64,000 nucleotides of DNA from IMG/VR virus record IMGVR_UViG_3300023259_000001, positions 23,752 to 87,751 of that record, one strand, 5' to 3'. Numbering within the stretch: the stretch's first letter is position 1; every line of letters begins with the position of its first letter. The translations under genes and the position numbers were made by a program. Positions 1 to 8,683 of this stretch are shown here, piece after piece. A model generated the notes under the pieces. That model made no database searches and was not told the DNA's origin. It worked only from the letters and a program-made list of their open reading frames with translations. The stretch is from a virus. Lineage: Duplodnaviria; Caudoviricetes.

Positions 1-75
1 CCCGGAATCTCCATATCAAGCGCTTGGCGCGATCCGAAAGCCGGTTGGCTGCATACCTCTTGGCGCGATCTGTTG

Positions 76-1254
76 TCATGCTTCCAGCCTTGCTTTTTCC
101 GCTGGCTTGTAACTCCGAGCGATGAACCGCGCCAGGTCCAAGGGGATCTTGGCGATCATAGCGGAGGCTGCCTTGCGGGAGTTGCTGTTGCCGTGTGACG
201 GGCGCGGGTCTTTGCTTTTGTCGCGTATCCAGCTTTTGCCGTCCAATCCCTTGCGGCCTTCGGCTTCGTGGGTTTCCGGTGAGACACCAGACACCAACTC
301 TTGCCGTTGCGCCGTGGCCGCTTTCCGCCGTTCATCCAGCGCCGTGTCTAACCATGCCGCCCCGCTACCGCCTTGCTTGGTGCCCCGCGTTTCATGCTCC
401 GCGCCGTTGAAGCTGGGCGATGAACCGAGGCCGTTTTCAAAGGCGTGGAAGTTCCGGCCTTCCCGCTTCTGCGCGCCCCGGTTCTTTGAATCTGCCACGG
501 CGAACCATGAGCCTTGCCCGTGCGCTGTGCCGTCCGGGTTGAACTTCTGGCCGCCCCTTGCATCGTTCTCCTGCTGGCTTGTCAGATGCGCGCCTTGCCC
601 GCCATTGCGGCGCGGATCGGAATAGCCTTCGATCTTTTGGACCCGCCGCGCCGCCGCGATCCCCGCGCCGAACTCCGGACGCACCACCACGCGCCCGCCA
701 ACCGATTCCACGTCGCCCCACAAGTAGAACGAGCCGAAGTGTGCCTTCGCCGGCCCTACCCACGGTTGCGCGCCTTTTACGTTCTCGATTACCAGCGGGA
801 CGTTGCGGTAAACTGTGCCGCGAATACAGCCGGGCACGTCGCAGGAGCGGTACACGGGAGGCCCGATTCTCCCCCCATCACAGGATAAGCACCTAATGCC
901 CGTCGCGTGAACGGCCTCACGCTGGATGCGAAAACAGGCGTCGAATAGGGCGTTTAGTTCGCGGGTTCTATCGCGGTCCCTACGAATCTCGGCCGCCATC
1001 GCTTTAGCGCGGCTCCAAGGCATTGCCATGTACGAATAGGCCTGGCAGGGAGGGGAAGCCACGATGCAAGCCGCGCCCGCGAACTGGGAGCCGTGCAGCG
1101 TGAGCACGTCTTGGATTACGAGCTGGCCGGGATAGCGCGCTTCGCCGTATATGTGCTGGTGGTTGTCGAAGCCCACCACGTCATAGCCTTCGGTCAGGAA
1201 GCCATCCGTCCAGCCACCCAGGCCGCAAAAGAGGTCGATGCAGAGCGGCCTCAC
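76..1254 (-). CDS. C5-cytosine DNA methyltransferase-like protein with a long Gly/Lys-rich insert
   Basis: Motif I DLFCGLGG, motif IV SPPCQ, motif VI IENV; C-terminal KIPLDLARFIA helix; middle region is low-complexity with repeated G-x-K/W units. Confidence 0.85.
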   Translation of the reverse strand: MRPLCIDLFCGLGGWTDGFLTEGYDVVGFDNHQHIYGEARYPGQLVIQDVLTLHGSQFAGAACIVASPPCQAYSYMAMPWSRAKAMAAEIRRDRDRTRELNALFDACFRIQREAVHATGIRCLSCDGGRIGPPVYRSCDVPGCIRGTVYRNVPLVIENVKGAQPWVGPAKAHFGSFYLWGDVESVGGRVVVRPEFGAGIAAARRVQKIEGYSDPRRNGGQGAHLTSQQENDARGGQKFNPDGTAHGQGSWFAVADSKNRGAQKREGRNFHAFENGLGSSPSFNGAEHETRGTKQGGSGAAWLDTALDERRKAATAQRQELVSGVSPETHEAEGRKGLDGKSWIRDKSKDPRPSHGNSNSRKAASAMIAKIPLDLARFIARSYKPAEKARLEA

Positions 1255-1634
1255 GCGCCCAGCCCCTTCATGAACTCCTGAAAGCTGGCATCCTGACGCT
1301 CCCGGATCAGCCGCGCCTCTTTCACCAGGCTGCCTTTATTCAGCTTGGAGCACCAGCCGGTACAGGTTAAGCCCGTGGGCCGCTTCTCGACGGGCTGCTC
1401 CTCGCCGCGTCCGTTGCGCGCGTGATTCCAGCGCCGCTTGTCGGTGTGGTTTGTGGCGTGGACTTTCATTTCCGCGCCCCACTCGTGCGAGTGGCTGGGA
1501 TCGCCGCCCCAGGGCTGCTTTGGAATCGAATAATCGCGAAGCCCCCAATAAGGTGGACTCGTGACGCACATCTGCACCGATTCGTCCGGCAGCTTGCGCA
1601 GGCACGCTAGGGCGTCGCCCTCGAGGATTCTCAT
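1251..1634 (-). pseudogene. Truncated N4-C/N6-A DNA methyltransferase (N-terminal half only)
   Basis: MRILEGDALACLRKLPDESVQMCVTSPPYWGLRDY (catalytic SPPY). The ORF ends after 127 aa with no SAM-binding FxGxG motif; ATG at 1634 overlaps the upstream stop. Confidence 0.7.
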
Positions 1635-1999
1635 AGCCCCAGGCGCCGCAGGCAAGCAGCGATGTGATTGGGTTGGATCTTGCGCCGGAACACCACGAGG
1701 CGCGTTTCGAGCAGCGTGTTGCCGGTAAGCGCGACGACAATCTTCGTGACGTCGCAGTGGCATAAATCGAGCGTGAACGATCCAGGCTTTTGGCCGGTCT
1801 GCGTGCAGGACCATCCGCCAACCGCGTAGACCATCGGATGCCGCGGCTTGCGCGCGTCGGCCCAGGTCTTCACACGGGCATCGTGGCGCCAGTGGATCGA
1901 TCCGTCGGCGGTCCATGCTTCGTATTCCCCGCTGCCCACGCGCCGGCAAACGTAGCCGCGGCATTCGCTGATATACATCTCGTTCATTTCGTTGCTCAC
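1631..1999 (-). CDS. Hypothetical phage protein
   Basis: GTG at 1999 overlaps the upstream TGA (GTGA coupling); protein-like from MNEMYISECRGY. Confidence 0.6.
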   Translation of the reverse strand: MSNEMNEMYISECRGYVCRRVGSGEYEAWTADGSIHWRHDARVKTWADARKPRHPMVYAVGGWSCTQTGQKPGSFTLDLCHCDVTKIVVALTGNTLLETRLVVFRRKIQPNHIAACLRRLGL

Positions 2000-2322
2000 T
2001 GGACTGCCTCCGGGCCGTCGGCGGTGGCCATCGCAATAGCGCGCTCCCACTCCTCTGGATGCGTGGCGCGGTAGGCCTGGGCTTCCTCGTCGCTGGCAAA
2101 CTCCACGCCCAGCGCCCGGGACAAAAACGCCAGGACCGCACTCGCCGGAATCAGTATGATCTCCTCCCTCCCAGTTTCGGGGTCGGCGACCACGCCAGCG
2201 GCGGCCTTGTGCTCGGGGTGCGCATCCAGGTAATCCCATAGATCCTCAGACGAGAGGAACTGGCGGCCCAGCAGGCGCTCCTCGTGGCGCAGGATGTCTT
2301 CTTCGTCGCTCATTAGCTTCAT
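1996..2322 (-). CDS. Hypothetical acidic protein
   Basis: SD GAGGT upstream, coupled stop/start, protein-like composition. Confidence 0.7.
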   Translation of the reverse strand: MKLMSDEEDILRHEERLLGRQFLSSEDLWDYLDAHPEHKAAAGVVADPETGREEIILIPASAVLAFLSRALGVEFASDEEAQAYRATHPEEWERAIAMATADGPEAVQ

Positions 2323-2448
2323 TTTCCACCTCGCTCAAAAGCGTGCGTTTTGGGGCGCTTTTCGCACGCCGTCGCGCGTTGCCTGGCTCTGGTCGGCGCG
2401 CTATAATGGGGCTTGGAGCCGTTTACCAGCCCGCCCGTTCGATCCCTT

Positions 2449-2590
2449 AAAATCAGCACTTTAGCCCTCCAATTCGGCATTACGACGAATCTCGTTTTGC
2501 AATCCTGACTTGCAACCCCTTTGCTTGCTTTAGCCGTCTTCCCCGAGTTCGGCAGTACGCGCATAATGCCGAATTCGCCGGGCTGATTTT
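2449..2590. repeat. Nested inverted repeats in a relatively AT-rich spacer
   Basis: AAAATCAGC 2449-2457 / GCTGATTTT 2582-2590; AATTCGGCATTA 2471-2482 / TAATGCCGAATT 2564-2575; a related TTCGGCAGTACG copy lies near 2548. Confidence 0.75.
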
Positions 2591-2729
2591 CCGCTAAGCT
2601 GACGCCACGTTTCCCGGCGCCGGTTCCAGCTCCGGGACGACCTCAAATTGGGTCAATTTGACGACCACGCGCCCCAGCGCCTCGCCGCGCTCCAACAGGC
2701 CGCAGCGGTTTATTTGGTCAATCCACTCG

Positions 2730-2951
2730 TCAACAAACCGGATGCCCTCGCCATCGCCGTACTCGTTGCCAACGTTTTGGGGCCGGGGTCAGGGTCCGGG
2801 GGAATGCTCGCGATGTCCTCGCCTGGTCCTTGTGGTTTCGGGCATCTTCAAGCATGGCCCGATTCCCCGGCTTGCCAATCTCGTCGAACGTTTCTTGCAA
2901 CTCCGCGGGCGTCATGTCCACCAGCGGCTTTTCGTTGATCTTCGTTTTCAT
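2730..2951 (-). CDS. Hypothetical protein
   Basis: SD GGGGAAACC-ATG, coupled to the upstream gene; a second open frame without a start continues to 2594. Confidence 0.45.
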   Translation of the reverse strand: MKTKINEKPLVDMTPAELQETFDEIGKPGNRAMLEDARNHKDQARTSRAFPRTLTPAPKRWQRVRRWRGHPVC

Positions 2952-3154
2952 GGTTTCCCCTTTCTTTTGATTACGGCAAACTCCCGCAGCGCCTCCGCGG
3001 TCAGCTCCGCCAGCCGAATGCGCTCGACCATCGCAGCCACGGATATTGCCGGGTCGGCGCGGTCGAGCGCGGCCAGCAGCTCTTGCGCGCGGCGGGCATG
3101 TGCAGCCGCCGCGCGATCGAGGTCAAGGAGTTCGCTTGTGGTCCACGCGGTCAT
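2948..3154 (-). CDS. Hypothetical helical protein
   Basis: Ala-rich helical ORF coupled to both neighbours. Confidence 0.6.
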   Translation of the reverse strand: MTAWTTSELLDLDRAAAAHARRAQELLAALDRADPAISVAAMVERIRLAELTAEALREFAVIKRKGKP

Positions 3155-3156
3155 GC

Positions 3157-4353
3157 TTAGTAGCTGATGGCCGTGATCAGGCCGTCAGTGCCGGAGGTGT
3201 AGGCGATCCGGTTCGCGCCGTCCACCGTGGCATAAACGGCGTTCGCCACTGTGATGCCGGGTTCAACGCCACCGGGATACGGCCAGTGGAAGGGCACGGC
3301 TGTGGTGATGATCACCTGGACCGGCCCCAGACCATAGGGAGGTGCATCCAATTCTGTCTCGGTCACAGCGATGTAGATTGCGTGCGTTTTGTCGTAGGCT
3401 TGGCCAATGACCGCCGCCGGACCGAACGGAGGGCTGGCTTTGTTCTCGGTTGCGTCCACGTTGTACTGCGCATAGGCCGCTCCAACTGGGCCGCTGCCCC
3501 AACTGGGAACCAGCATCCAGGATGTGCCGATCATCGGGCCGGCCTCGGGCGCATTGCTCACTATCTGCACGAAATACCCGGCCACGGAAACCGGCTTGGT
3601 TCCAGCACCGGGAAAAAAGAAGTTGTTCACCCCGGTGAACTCGCTTGCCCCCAGCCATGGTTTTTGCGGCATTCCGGCCATGCACTTCTGAGCGACCGCG
3701 AGGTCGTAATACCACCAGTCCGTTTGCAAAGCTCCATTTACGTTGATGCCCGAGGCGGTGAGCATCAAACCTGTTTCAGTGCCGCAGAGGGGCATATATG
3801 TGGCGTTTTGAACTGCGAAGCCATCCGGTGGCGTAAAGGTTCCCAGGATGCCCGAGTGACCCACCCTGATGTCCCATTTGTACAGGCCTCCACCCGAAAC
3901 AATGAACGCTGCCCGGTCTACGGCGTCCACGCTAATCGAATACGGCGCCCCGCTCTTAGGCAGGAAGCCGCTGTACGTCGTAGGCGAGCCGTTGCCGAAG
4001 CCGTTCTCCAGGCTGATGGCCATATTGAAGCCGGCGATGACGTTGCTGCCTTCGTATGCGCCGATGCACCACAGATTGTTGAACGCCACGTCCACGTCGC
4101 AGTCGCCCACCTGCATACCGACGGGTTGCGTGGCTACGACTTGATGCGTGGCCGGCGAGATCGCCACAAGTTCATCCTGGGCCGGGATTGCCGCCCAGAT
4201 CACGCTATCGAGAGCGTCGTAATACAAGAAGGTCGCACCCGGCACGGATGCGGACCACTGGATTGCGGGATTGATCCCCGCTTGAGCCACTGCGGGCGCG
4301 ACGGCCAACAGCAACGCGGAAAGAACTGCGGTTACTACCGTATTGGTTTTCAT
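3157..4353 (-). CDS. Secreted beta-rich (beta-propeller/YncE-like) protein
   Basis: Sec-type signal MKTNTVVTAVLSALLLAVAPAVA-Q; repeated strand motifs such as LVAISPATHQVVATQPVG and ITVANAVYATVDG. Confidence 0.7.
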   Translation of the reverse strand: MKTNTVVTAVLSALLLAVAPAVAQAGINPAIQWSASVPGATFLYYDALDSVIWAAIPAQDELVAISPATHQVVATQPVGMQVGDCDVDVAFNNLWCIGAYEGSNVIAGFNMAISLENGFGNGSPTTYSGFLPKSGAPYSISVDAVDRAAFIVSGGGLYKWDIRVGHSGILGTFTPPDGFAVQNATYMPLCGTETGLMLTASGINVNGALQTDWWYYDLAVAQKCMAGMPQKPWLGASEFTGVNNFFFPGAGTKPVSVAGYFVQIVSNAPEAGPMIGTSWMLVPSWGSGPVGAAYAQYNVDATENKASPPFGPAAVIGQAYDKTHAIYIAVTETELDAPPYGLGPVQVIITTAVPFHWPYPGGVEPGITVANAVYATVDGANRIAYTSGTDGLITAISY

Positions 4354-4401
4354 GCCTTCTATTTATCCTTTTGAAGATCGACAATACAACACTATCTTTG
4401 G

Positions 4402-5118
4402 TTACGAGCAGGGCACCAACTGCTGAGGCGTGTAATCCTCGGCGGCGATGCAAGAGTCGATATCGGAGCCCCACATGCCCCAAGTGTCGCTCGCGGCCGC
4501 ATAGGCTACCGCGTAATTCTTGAGACCAGTCATCCACGTTGGCGGCGAATTGAACAGGCTCGCCGAAACCGTGGCGTTGCCGGATGTACACGAGCCGCTC
4601 ACTTCAAATCCCACGGGGCCAACGGTCACCTTTCCCGCAACGTACATATTGGGCTGCGGGCTGCACGCTCCCACCCCTGCGCACGACATGAAATTGAGCG
4701 GGTACGGCAACTTCTGGTAGCATTGCGCGCCGGTGAGCCACGCGGGCTCATTGCTGCCTTCCTTGGGCCGCCGAGCGCTCCGGCTCTCGTGCGCTACTAA
4801 CGGACACTCCGACTGCTGGGTCTCCGGAAAATAGCGGGGAGCGACTAGCCCGACCGCAACAATAAACGCATCCAGCGCGGGGGCGCGGCGAAACCATTCG
4901 CCATCCTGTCGGAGGTCGGCGAATTTGTCGTGCAGCCATGCTTCCGTTTGGTGACTTCCAGGCATGCAGCCGAGTAGTCGGAAACCAAAGTTCGCCGGGC
5001 GTAGCGTCCCAAGCTGGGAAAGCCTGCTAAACACCCGCGCCGAGTACCCAATCTTCACGTACTGGCCGTCCTGCGTTTCAATGAAGTAGACAAAGCCTTT
5101 CGCTTTTTTCCCTTCCAC
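4402..5118 (-). CDS. GIY-YIG (T5orf172-like) nuclease domain fused to an unrelated Cys/Gly-rich C-terminus
   Basis: GFVYFIE...YVKIGYS...RL...EAWLHDKF...GEWF; GTG start at 5118; the C-terminal ~110 aa resemble a secreted protein. Confidence 0.7.
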   Translation of the reverse strand: MEGKKAKGFVYFIETQDGQYVKIGYSARVFSRLSQLGTLRPANFGFRLLGCMPGSHQTEAWLHDKFADLRQDGEWFRRAPALDAFIVAVGLVAPRYFPETQQSECPLVAHESRSARRPKEGSNEPAWLTGAQCYQKLPYPLNFMSCAGVGACSPQPNMYVAGKVTVGPVGFEVSGSCTSGNATVSASLFNSPPTWMTGLKNYAVAYAAASDTWGMWGSDIDSCIAAEDYTPQQLVPCS

Positions 5119-5246
5119 CGGGATTTGCCGCCCAAGGACTGAATCCGGCGCTTGTCCTCGACCGTCATCGTGGCGAAGCCCTTCGGGACTTTGGCCTTTC
5201 CGCCCTTCCGGCCCATCTGGGCCGCCGCTTCGTTCAATGTTGCCAT
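5055..5246 (-). CDS. Small basic KGG-motif protein (possible DNA-binding regulator)
   Basis: MATLNEAAAQMGRKGGKAKVPKGFATM...SLGGKSRW; first gene downstream of the leftward promoter. Confidence 0.7.
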   Translation of the reverse strand: MATLNEAAAQMGRKGGKAKVPKGFATMTVEDKRRIQSLGGKSRWKGKKRKALSTSLKRRTAST

Positions 5247-5296
5247 ATTCGTTTGCCATAGGGATCTTAGCAGCAATCGTTTTTTCTTGCAACTAC

Positions 5297-5337
5297 CTAT
5301 TGACAAGCGTAACAGTAATCGTTTATTCTGTCAATAG
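5297..5337. promoter_or_regulatory. Overlapping divergent sigma70-type promoters inside a 9-bp inverted repeat
   Basis: + strand TTGACA(5300)-N18-TATTCT(5324); - strand TTGACA(5334)-N17-TACGCT(5311); CTATTGACA...TGTCAATAG; sits at the strand switch. Confidence 0.8.
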
Positions 5338-5394
5338 CAGTAAACGACAACAGAACAAATAAGCCGCGAGGCTCTAAAGCGCGAAAGGAATAAC

Positions 5395-5691
5395 ATGAGC
5401 TATTACAGCGTATGCCCTGACCCCTCCGCGTTCTCGGATGGTTGGGATGACGAACCAGAACCCGACGAAGAAAGTGGTGCCCGCGAAACGCTGCCCGACG
5501 AATACGGCCCCGACCCCGAACTCGCCGCCCACTGGGACGAAGCGGACGAAGGCGACATGCGGTACGACCTGGCTGAGGAAGCCCGGCTGTTCCCGCCCGA
5601 GTACATTACTATACCGGCCCTGCACCGCATCGAGTTGCGCGTGGCCCGGCTGAACGTGCCGGAGCTGGCGCGCATTGAAGAGGTGGCGTGA
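5395..5691 (+). CDS. Highly acidic small early protein
   Basis: SD AAAGGA; about 27 of 98 residues are Asp/Glu. Confidence 0.75.
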   Translation: MSYYSVCPDPSAFSDGWDDEPEPDEESGARETLPDEYGPDPELAAHWDEADEGDMRYDLAEEARLFPPEYITIPALHRIELRVARLNVPELARIEEVA

Positions 5692-5954
5692 TGGCGAACG
5701 ACAGGCAATCCGCGGAAAAGCAGGCTGCGGTATGGAACGCGCTATTCCCTATCGGCGTCGCGGTCGTCGTTAAACTGCCTGCGCAGCCTGGGGAAATCGA
5801 ACGCCGCAGCATTTCGGCGCACACCGCCTCTATGGCATCGGTCAAGCCGCTGGCCGTACACGGCGATTACTGGATCGCTGTAGTCGCGTTAGATTGCGGC
5901 ATCGAATCGGGGCTCAACAGCGTGACGGTGCCCCAGAGTCAGGAGGTGGCGTGA
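5688..5954 (+). CDS. Hypothetical protein
   Basis: GTGA coupling, SD GAGGT. Confidence 0.7.
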   Translation: MMANDRQSAEKQAAVWNALFPIGVAVVVKLPAQPGEIERRSISAHTASMASVKPLAVHGDYWIAVVALDCGIESGLNSVTVPQSQEVA

Positions 5955-6112
5955 TGCACCTTTGGCGACGGATAGCATGGACGTGGTTCTGTATGTGGAA
6001 CCGCCGGGATGGAGAGGACGCGCTGGATGCCGCCGGGTCGGCGCTTCTGGTCGGCGTCGCAATCGCCTGCACGCTGGGCGCCGCAGCTCTGGTGATCGGA
6101 GGTGTCCGGTGA
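5954..6112 (+). CDS. Small membrane protein
   Basis: SD GGAGGT; hydrophobic C-terminus ALLVGVAIACTLGAAALVIGG. Confidence 0.65.
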   Translation: MHLWRRIAWTWFCMWNRRDGEDALDAAGSALLVGVAIACTLGAAALVIGGVR

Positions 6113-6324
6113 ACGAATACACCGATACCGAGCGCCTGGACTGGCTCCTGAAAAGGGTCCTCGAAGGCACCCTCGACCTAGATCACGACGGCGAGACGGG
6201 GCGCTGGTACTTTCAATCCGCCGCGTGGGACACAGACTATCCAAGCGCGCGCGCGGCAATCGATGCGGAGATGGACTTCGAGCGGTCCTCCTCCGACAAT
6301 TCGCTGATTGGAGGTGTCCGGTGA
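6109..6324 (+). CDS. Hypothetical phage protein (RLDWL...AIDA motif)
   Basis: GTG coupled start, SD GGAGGT. Confidence 0.7.
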   Translation: MNEYTDTERLDWLLKRVLEGTLDLDHDGETGRWYFQSAAWDTDYPSARAAIDAEMDFERSSSDNSLIGGVR

Positions 6325-6527
6325 TGGCGAGGGAATGGTGCCCTTGTTCTGGTGGCCACTGCCGCGCGCAAAGTGGCGACAAGGAAGTTACTTGCACGCT
6401 CTACGATCACGACACCGGGGAGATCCTCGGTGTCCAACCAATGACCAAAGCGCAGCGGGTGAAGGCAAATATCCTGCTGGCTAAGAATAACGATCCGATG
6501 TGCTGGATCGAAGGAGAGGTTGAGTAA
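6324..6527 (+). CDS. Hypothetical Cys-containing protein
   Basis: SD GGAGGT, coupled start. Confidence 0.6.
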   Translation: MAREWCPCSGGHCRAQSGDKEVTCTLYDHDTGEILGVQPMTKAQRVKANILLAKNNDPMCWIEGEVE

Positions 6528-6529
6528 TT

Positions 6530-7513
6530 ATGGGCGACATCATTAAATTCCAACTCAATGTGCCGGTCGAGGTTCCCGGCTTACGCCTGTTGAATGGAAA
6601 CTTCGGCAAGCTGGTGGACTCGCCGAAGTTCAAGAAGGGCGATGGCGTTACGCCACAGCAGCAGTACCAATTCTCCACCGTCAACGATTGCGTGTTCTGG
6701 GTGCCTGACTTTGCCGGCATGCAGATTCACGATCAACTAGCCAAGCTGGGAGTGCATGAAGGGGATCCCATTAAGGTCACCAAGGCCGAGATCCCGCAGC
6801 CGGGCAAGAAGCCGATCACGCGCTGGCTGGTGGAGCGGATCGGGCCAGCGCCCAGCGCCCAGGCTCCCGCCCCGAGCAGCAATGGCAACAGCTATCACCC
6901 GCCGGCCGTTGCCCGCAAGGTCTCCTACGGGGTGTTCCTGCGCGAGGCGATCAGGGAAACCGTGGCCGCGTTGAAGGAAAACGGAGAGCAATGGTCGGAT
7001 GCGTCGAAACAGGGGATGGTATCGACGCTCCTGATTCAGGCCGGCCGCGACGGCATCATCTCCTGGAACCTGGAAAACGGCAATAAGCCCGATGCGCCTA
7101 TCGCTGTTTCCGCCGAGCCATCGCCCCTGGAGAAGCAGCTCGCCGCATCAATCGCTCTCCAAAAGCAAAAAGCGCAGCAACCGGCCCAACTGACAGGCGA
7201 ACCGGCTGCTGCGCTTCAAGATGCACAGACTTCCCAAACTTCTTCTACTTCTTCGCAGTCTACCACGAAGCCCTGGCGCACCTTTGGCGAGATGGTCCGG
7301 TGCTTCGAGGGCCTGAAATCCCAGATCCCCTGGCCAATCTATTACGACGTGCTCAAGCACTTCGGCGCCGAGCACGCGAACCAGTTCGAGAACGCCAAGG
7401 CGGCATGGGCATGTTACCAGCGCCTGGATCAGCGCGTACGTGAACACCTGCACAAGGCGCAAGACCCGACGACGTTTGAGCACTTCGAAGCGGTGGAAGG
7501 AGACTGGCAATGA
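6530..7513 (+). CDS. Hypothetical protein, possibly recombination/ssDNA-binding module
   Basis: 327-aa ORF with SD; beta-rich N-terminus and Ala/Gln linkers; lies next to Gp157. Confidence 0.7.
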   Translation: MGDIIKFQLNVPVEVPGLRLLNGNFGKLVDSPKFKKGDGVTPQQQYQFSTVNDCVFWVPDFAGMQIHDQLAKLGVHEGDPIKVTKAEIPQPGKKPITRWLVERIGPAPSAQAPAPSSNGNSYHPPAVARKVSYGVFLREAIRETVAALKENGEQWSDASKQGMVSTLLIQAGRDGIISWNLENGNKPDAPIAVSAEPSPLEKQLAASIALQKQKAQQPAQLTGEPAAALQDAQTSQTSSTSSQSTTKPWRTFGEMVRCFEGLKSQIPWPIYYDVLKHFGAEHANQFENAKAAWACYQRLDQRVREHLHKAQDPTTFEHFEAVEGDWQ

Positions 7514-8136
7514 GCGCCCTGGCTCTGGTTGAACCCCGGGAGGCTACGGCCTCCCTTTCGTTGTTCGAGTTGTCTGAGGAGTTAGTCTGTCTCTTAGACA
7601 CCCGCGACATGGTGGAGGCTGGCTCCGCCGACCAAGCCGAGCTGGATGCGCAGATTCAGGCGTTCCAGGACGCACTGCCGCGCAAGGTCGATAACGTCTG
7701 CCGCATGATTTCGCACATGGAATCTCAAGCCGCCGCGGCGAAACTCGAAGCCGCCCGGCTCTCGCAACGCCAGAAGCAGTTCGAGGCTCGGGCCGCTTCG
7801 CTCGAAGGTTACTGCGTCCGGGTGCTGGAGGCGTTGCCGGCGCCGAAGAAAGGCCCGCGCAAGCTGGAGGGAGAGTTCAACACCTTGGCGCTTTCGACGT
7901 CGGAACGCTGCAAGGTCGAGGACCCGCTGCTGGTGCCGATCGAATACAAGACCGCCGCGGCAAAGATGCCGGCCGAGTTGTGGCAGCAGATCGTCGAGAC
8001 GCTGTGGCCGGAAACGCTGGCGCAGATCACCGTCGATGTGTCTGTCCGGCTGGCCGACGTCAAGAAGGCGCTCAAGGCAGGCGTCGAAATAGAAGGCGCC
8101 GATATCGAGTACCCGAAAGGCGTGCGGAGATCATGA
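7510..8136 (+). CDS. Siphovirus Gp157-family protein
   Basis: LFELSEEL...KVDNVCRMI..coiled coil..VP.EYK...DVKKALKAGVEIEGA. Confidence 0.85.
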   Translation: MSALALVEPREATASLSLFELSEELVCLLDTRDMVEAGSADQAELDAQIQAFQDALPRKVDNVCRMISHMESQAAAAKLEAARLSQRQKQFEARAASLEGYCVRVLEALPAPKKGPRKLEGEFNTLALSTSERCKVEDPLLVPIEYKTAAAKMPAELWQQIVETLWPETLAQITVDVSVRLADVKKALKAGVEIEGADIEYPKGVRRS

Positions 8137-8327
8137 GCCAGAAATCAAAGCAGTATTACCAATGGCAGCAAGCCCTGGTGCGCGATGCGGAACTCTGCAA
8201 CCGCCCAGGCTGCGGCCACAAGCGCTCCTGGCACCTCGGCGACAAGAACTGCACCGCACGGCAGATCAACCAGTGCGAATGCCCAGCGTTTGTTCCGGCG
8301 CCACCCGAGCCAGCGAGGGCCGCATGA
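8133..8327 (+). CDS. Small Cys/His-rich protein
   Basis: CNRPGCGHKRSWH...C...CECP; ATGA coupling. Confidence 0.6.
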   Translation: MSQKSKQYYQWQQALVRDAELCNRPGCGHKRSWHLGDKNCTARQINQCECPAFVPAPPEPARAA

Positions 8328-8683
8328 AGCGAACGACGATCCAATGGCTCTCTCGAATCTTCCTGCGGCCGCCGGTATGCTCCCATTGCGGGCTGCCGGC
8401 GACACCGCTCACAGCCGGCCTGTGCTGGGGCTGTGCCGACCTGCTGGCGCGGCGCGCGGCCATCGACGCCAAATGCCCGTGCGGCAACCCCGCCGACGCC
8501 ATGATCTCGCATCACCCGGTATGCCGGGGGTGCGTGCAGGCGCTCAACCGCACGGTCGGCGCGCTGCGCTTGCGCGGCCTCACCACGCGGCAGATTATCC
8601 GGTACTTGGTCGAGGCTGGGAGGGATGCGGAGGCGGAGATCCTACTGAAGAAGTATGAAGAGGAGCCAAACCGATGCCGATAG
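8324..8683 (+). CDS. Zinc-finger protein
   Basis: CSHC, CWGC, CPC, CRGC pairs; ATGA coupling. Confidence 0.65.
   Translation: MKRTTIQWLSRIFLRPPVCSHCGLPATPLTAGLCWGCADLLARRAAIDAKCPCGNPADAMISHHPVCRGCVQALNRTVGALRLRGLTTRQIIRYLVEAGRDAEAEILLKKYEEEPNRCR

Noticed and set aside
1251-2141. ORF-track fusions such as 1251-2141, 11263-13014, 36870-37763, 38600-39433 and 49939-52002
   Set aside because: The upstream parts overlap better genes in other frames; true starts were reassigned using coupled stops, SD sequences and motif onset
2775-2781. Programmed -1 frameshift at C CCA AAA
   Set aside because: A -1 slip enters a short frame ending TSGLTK*, not the protein-like downstream frame
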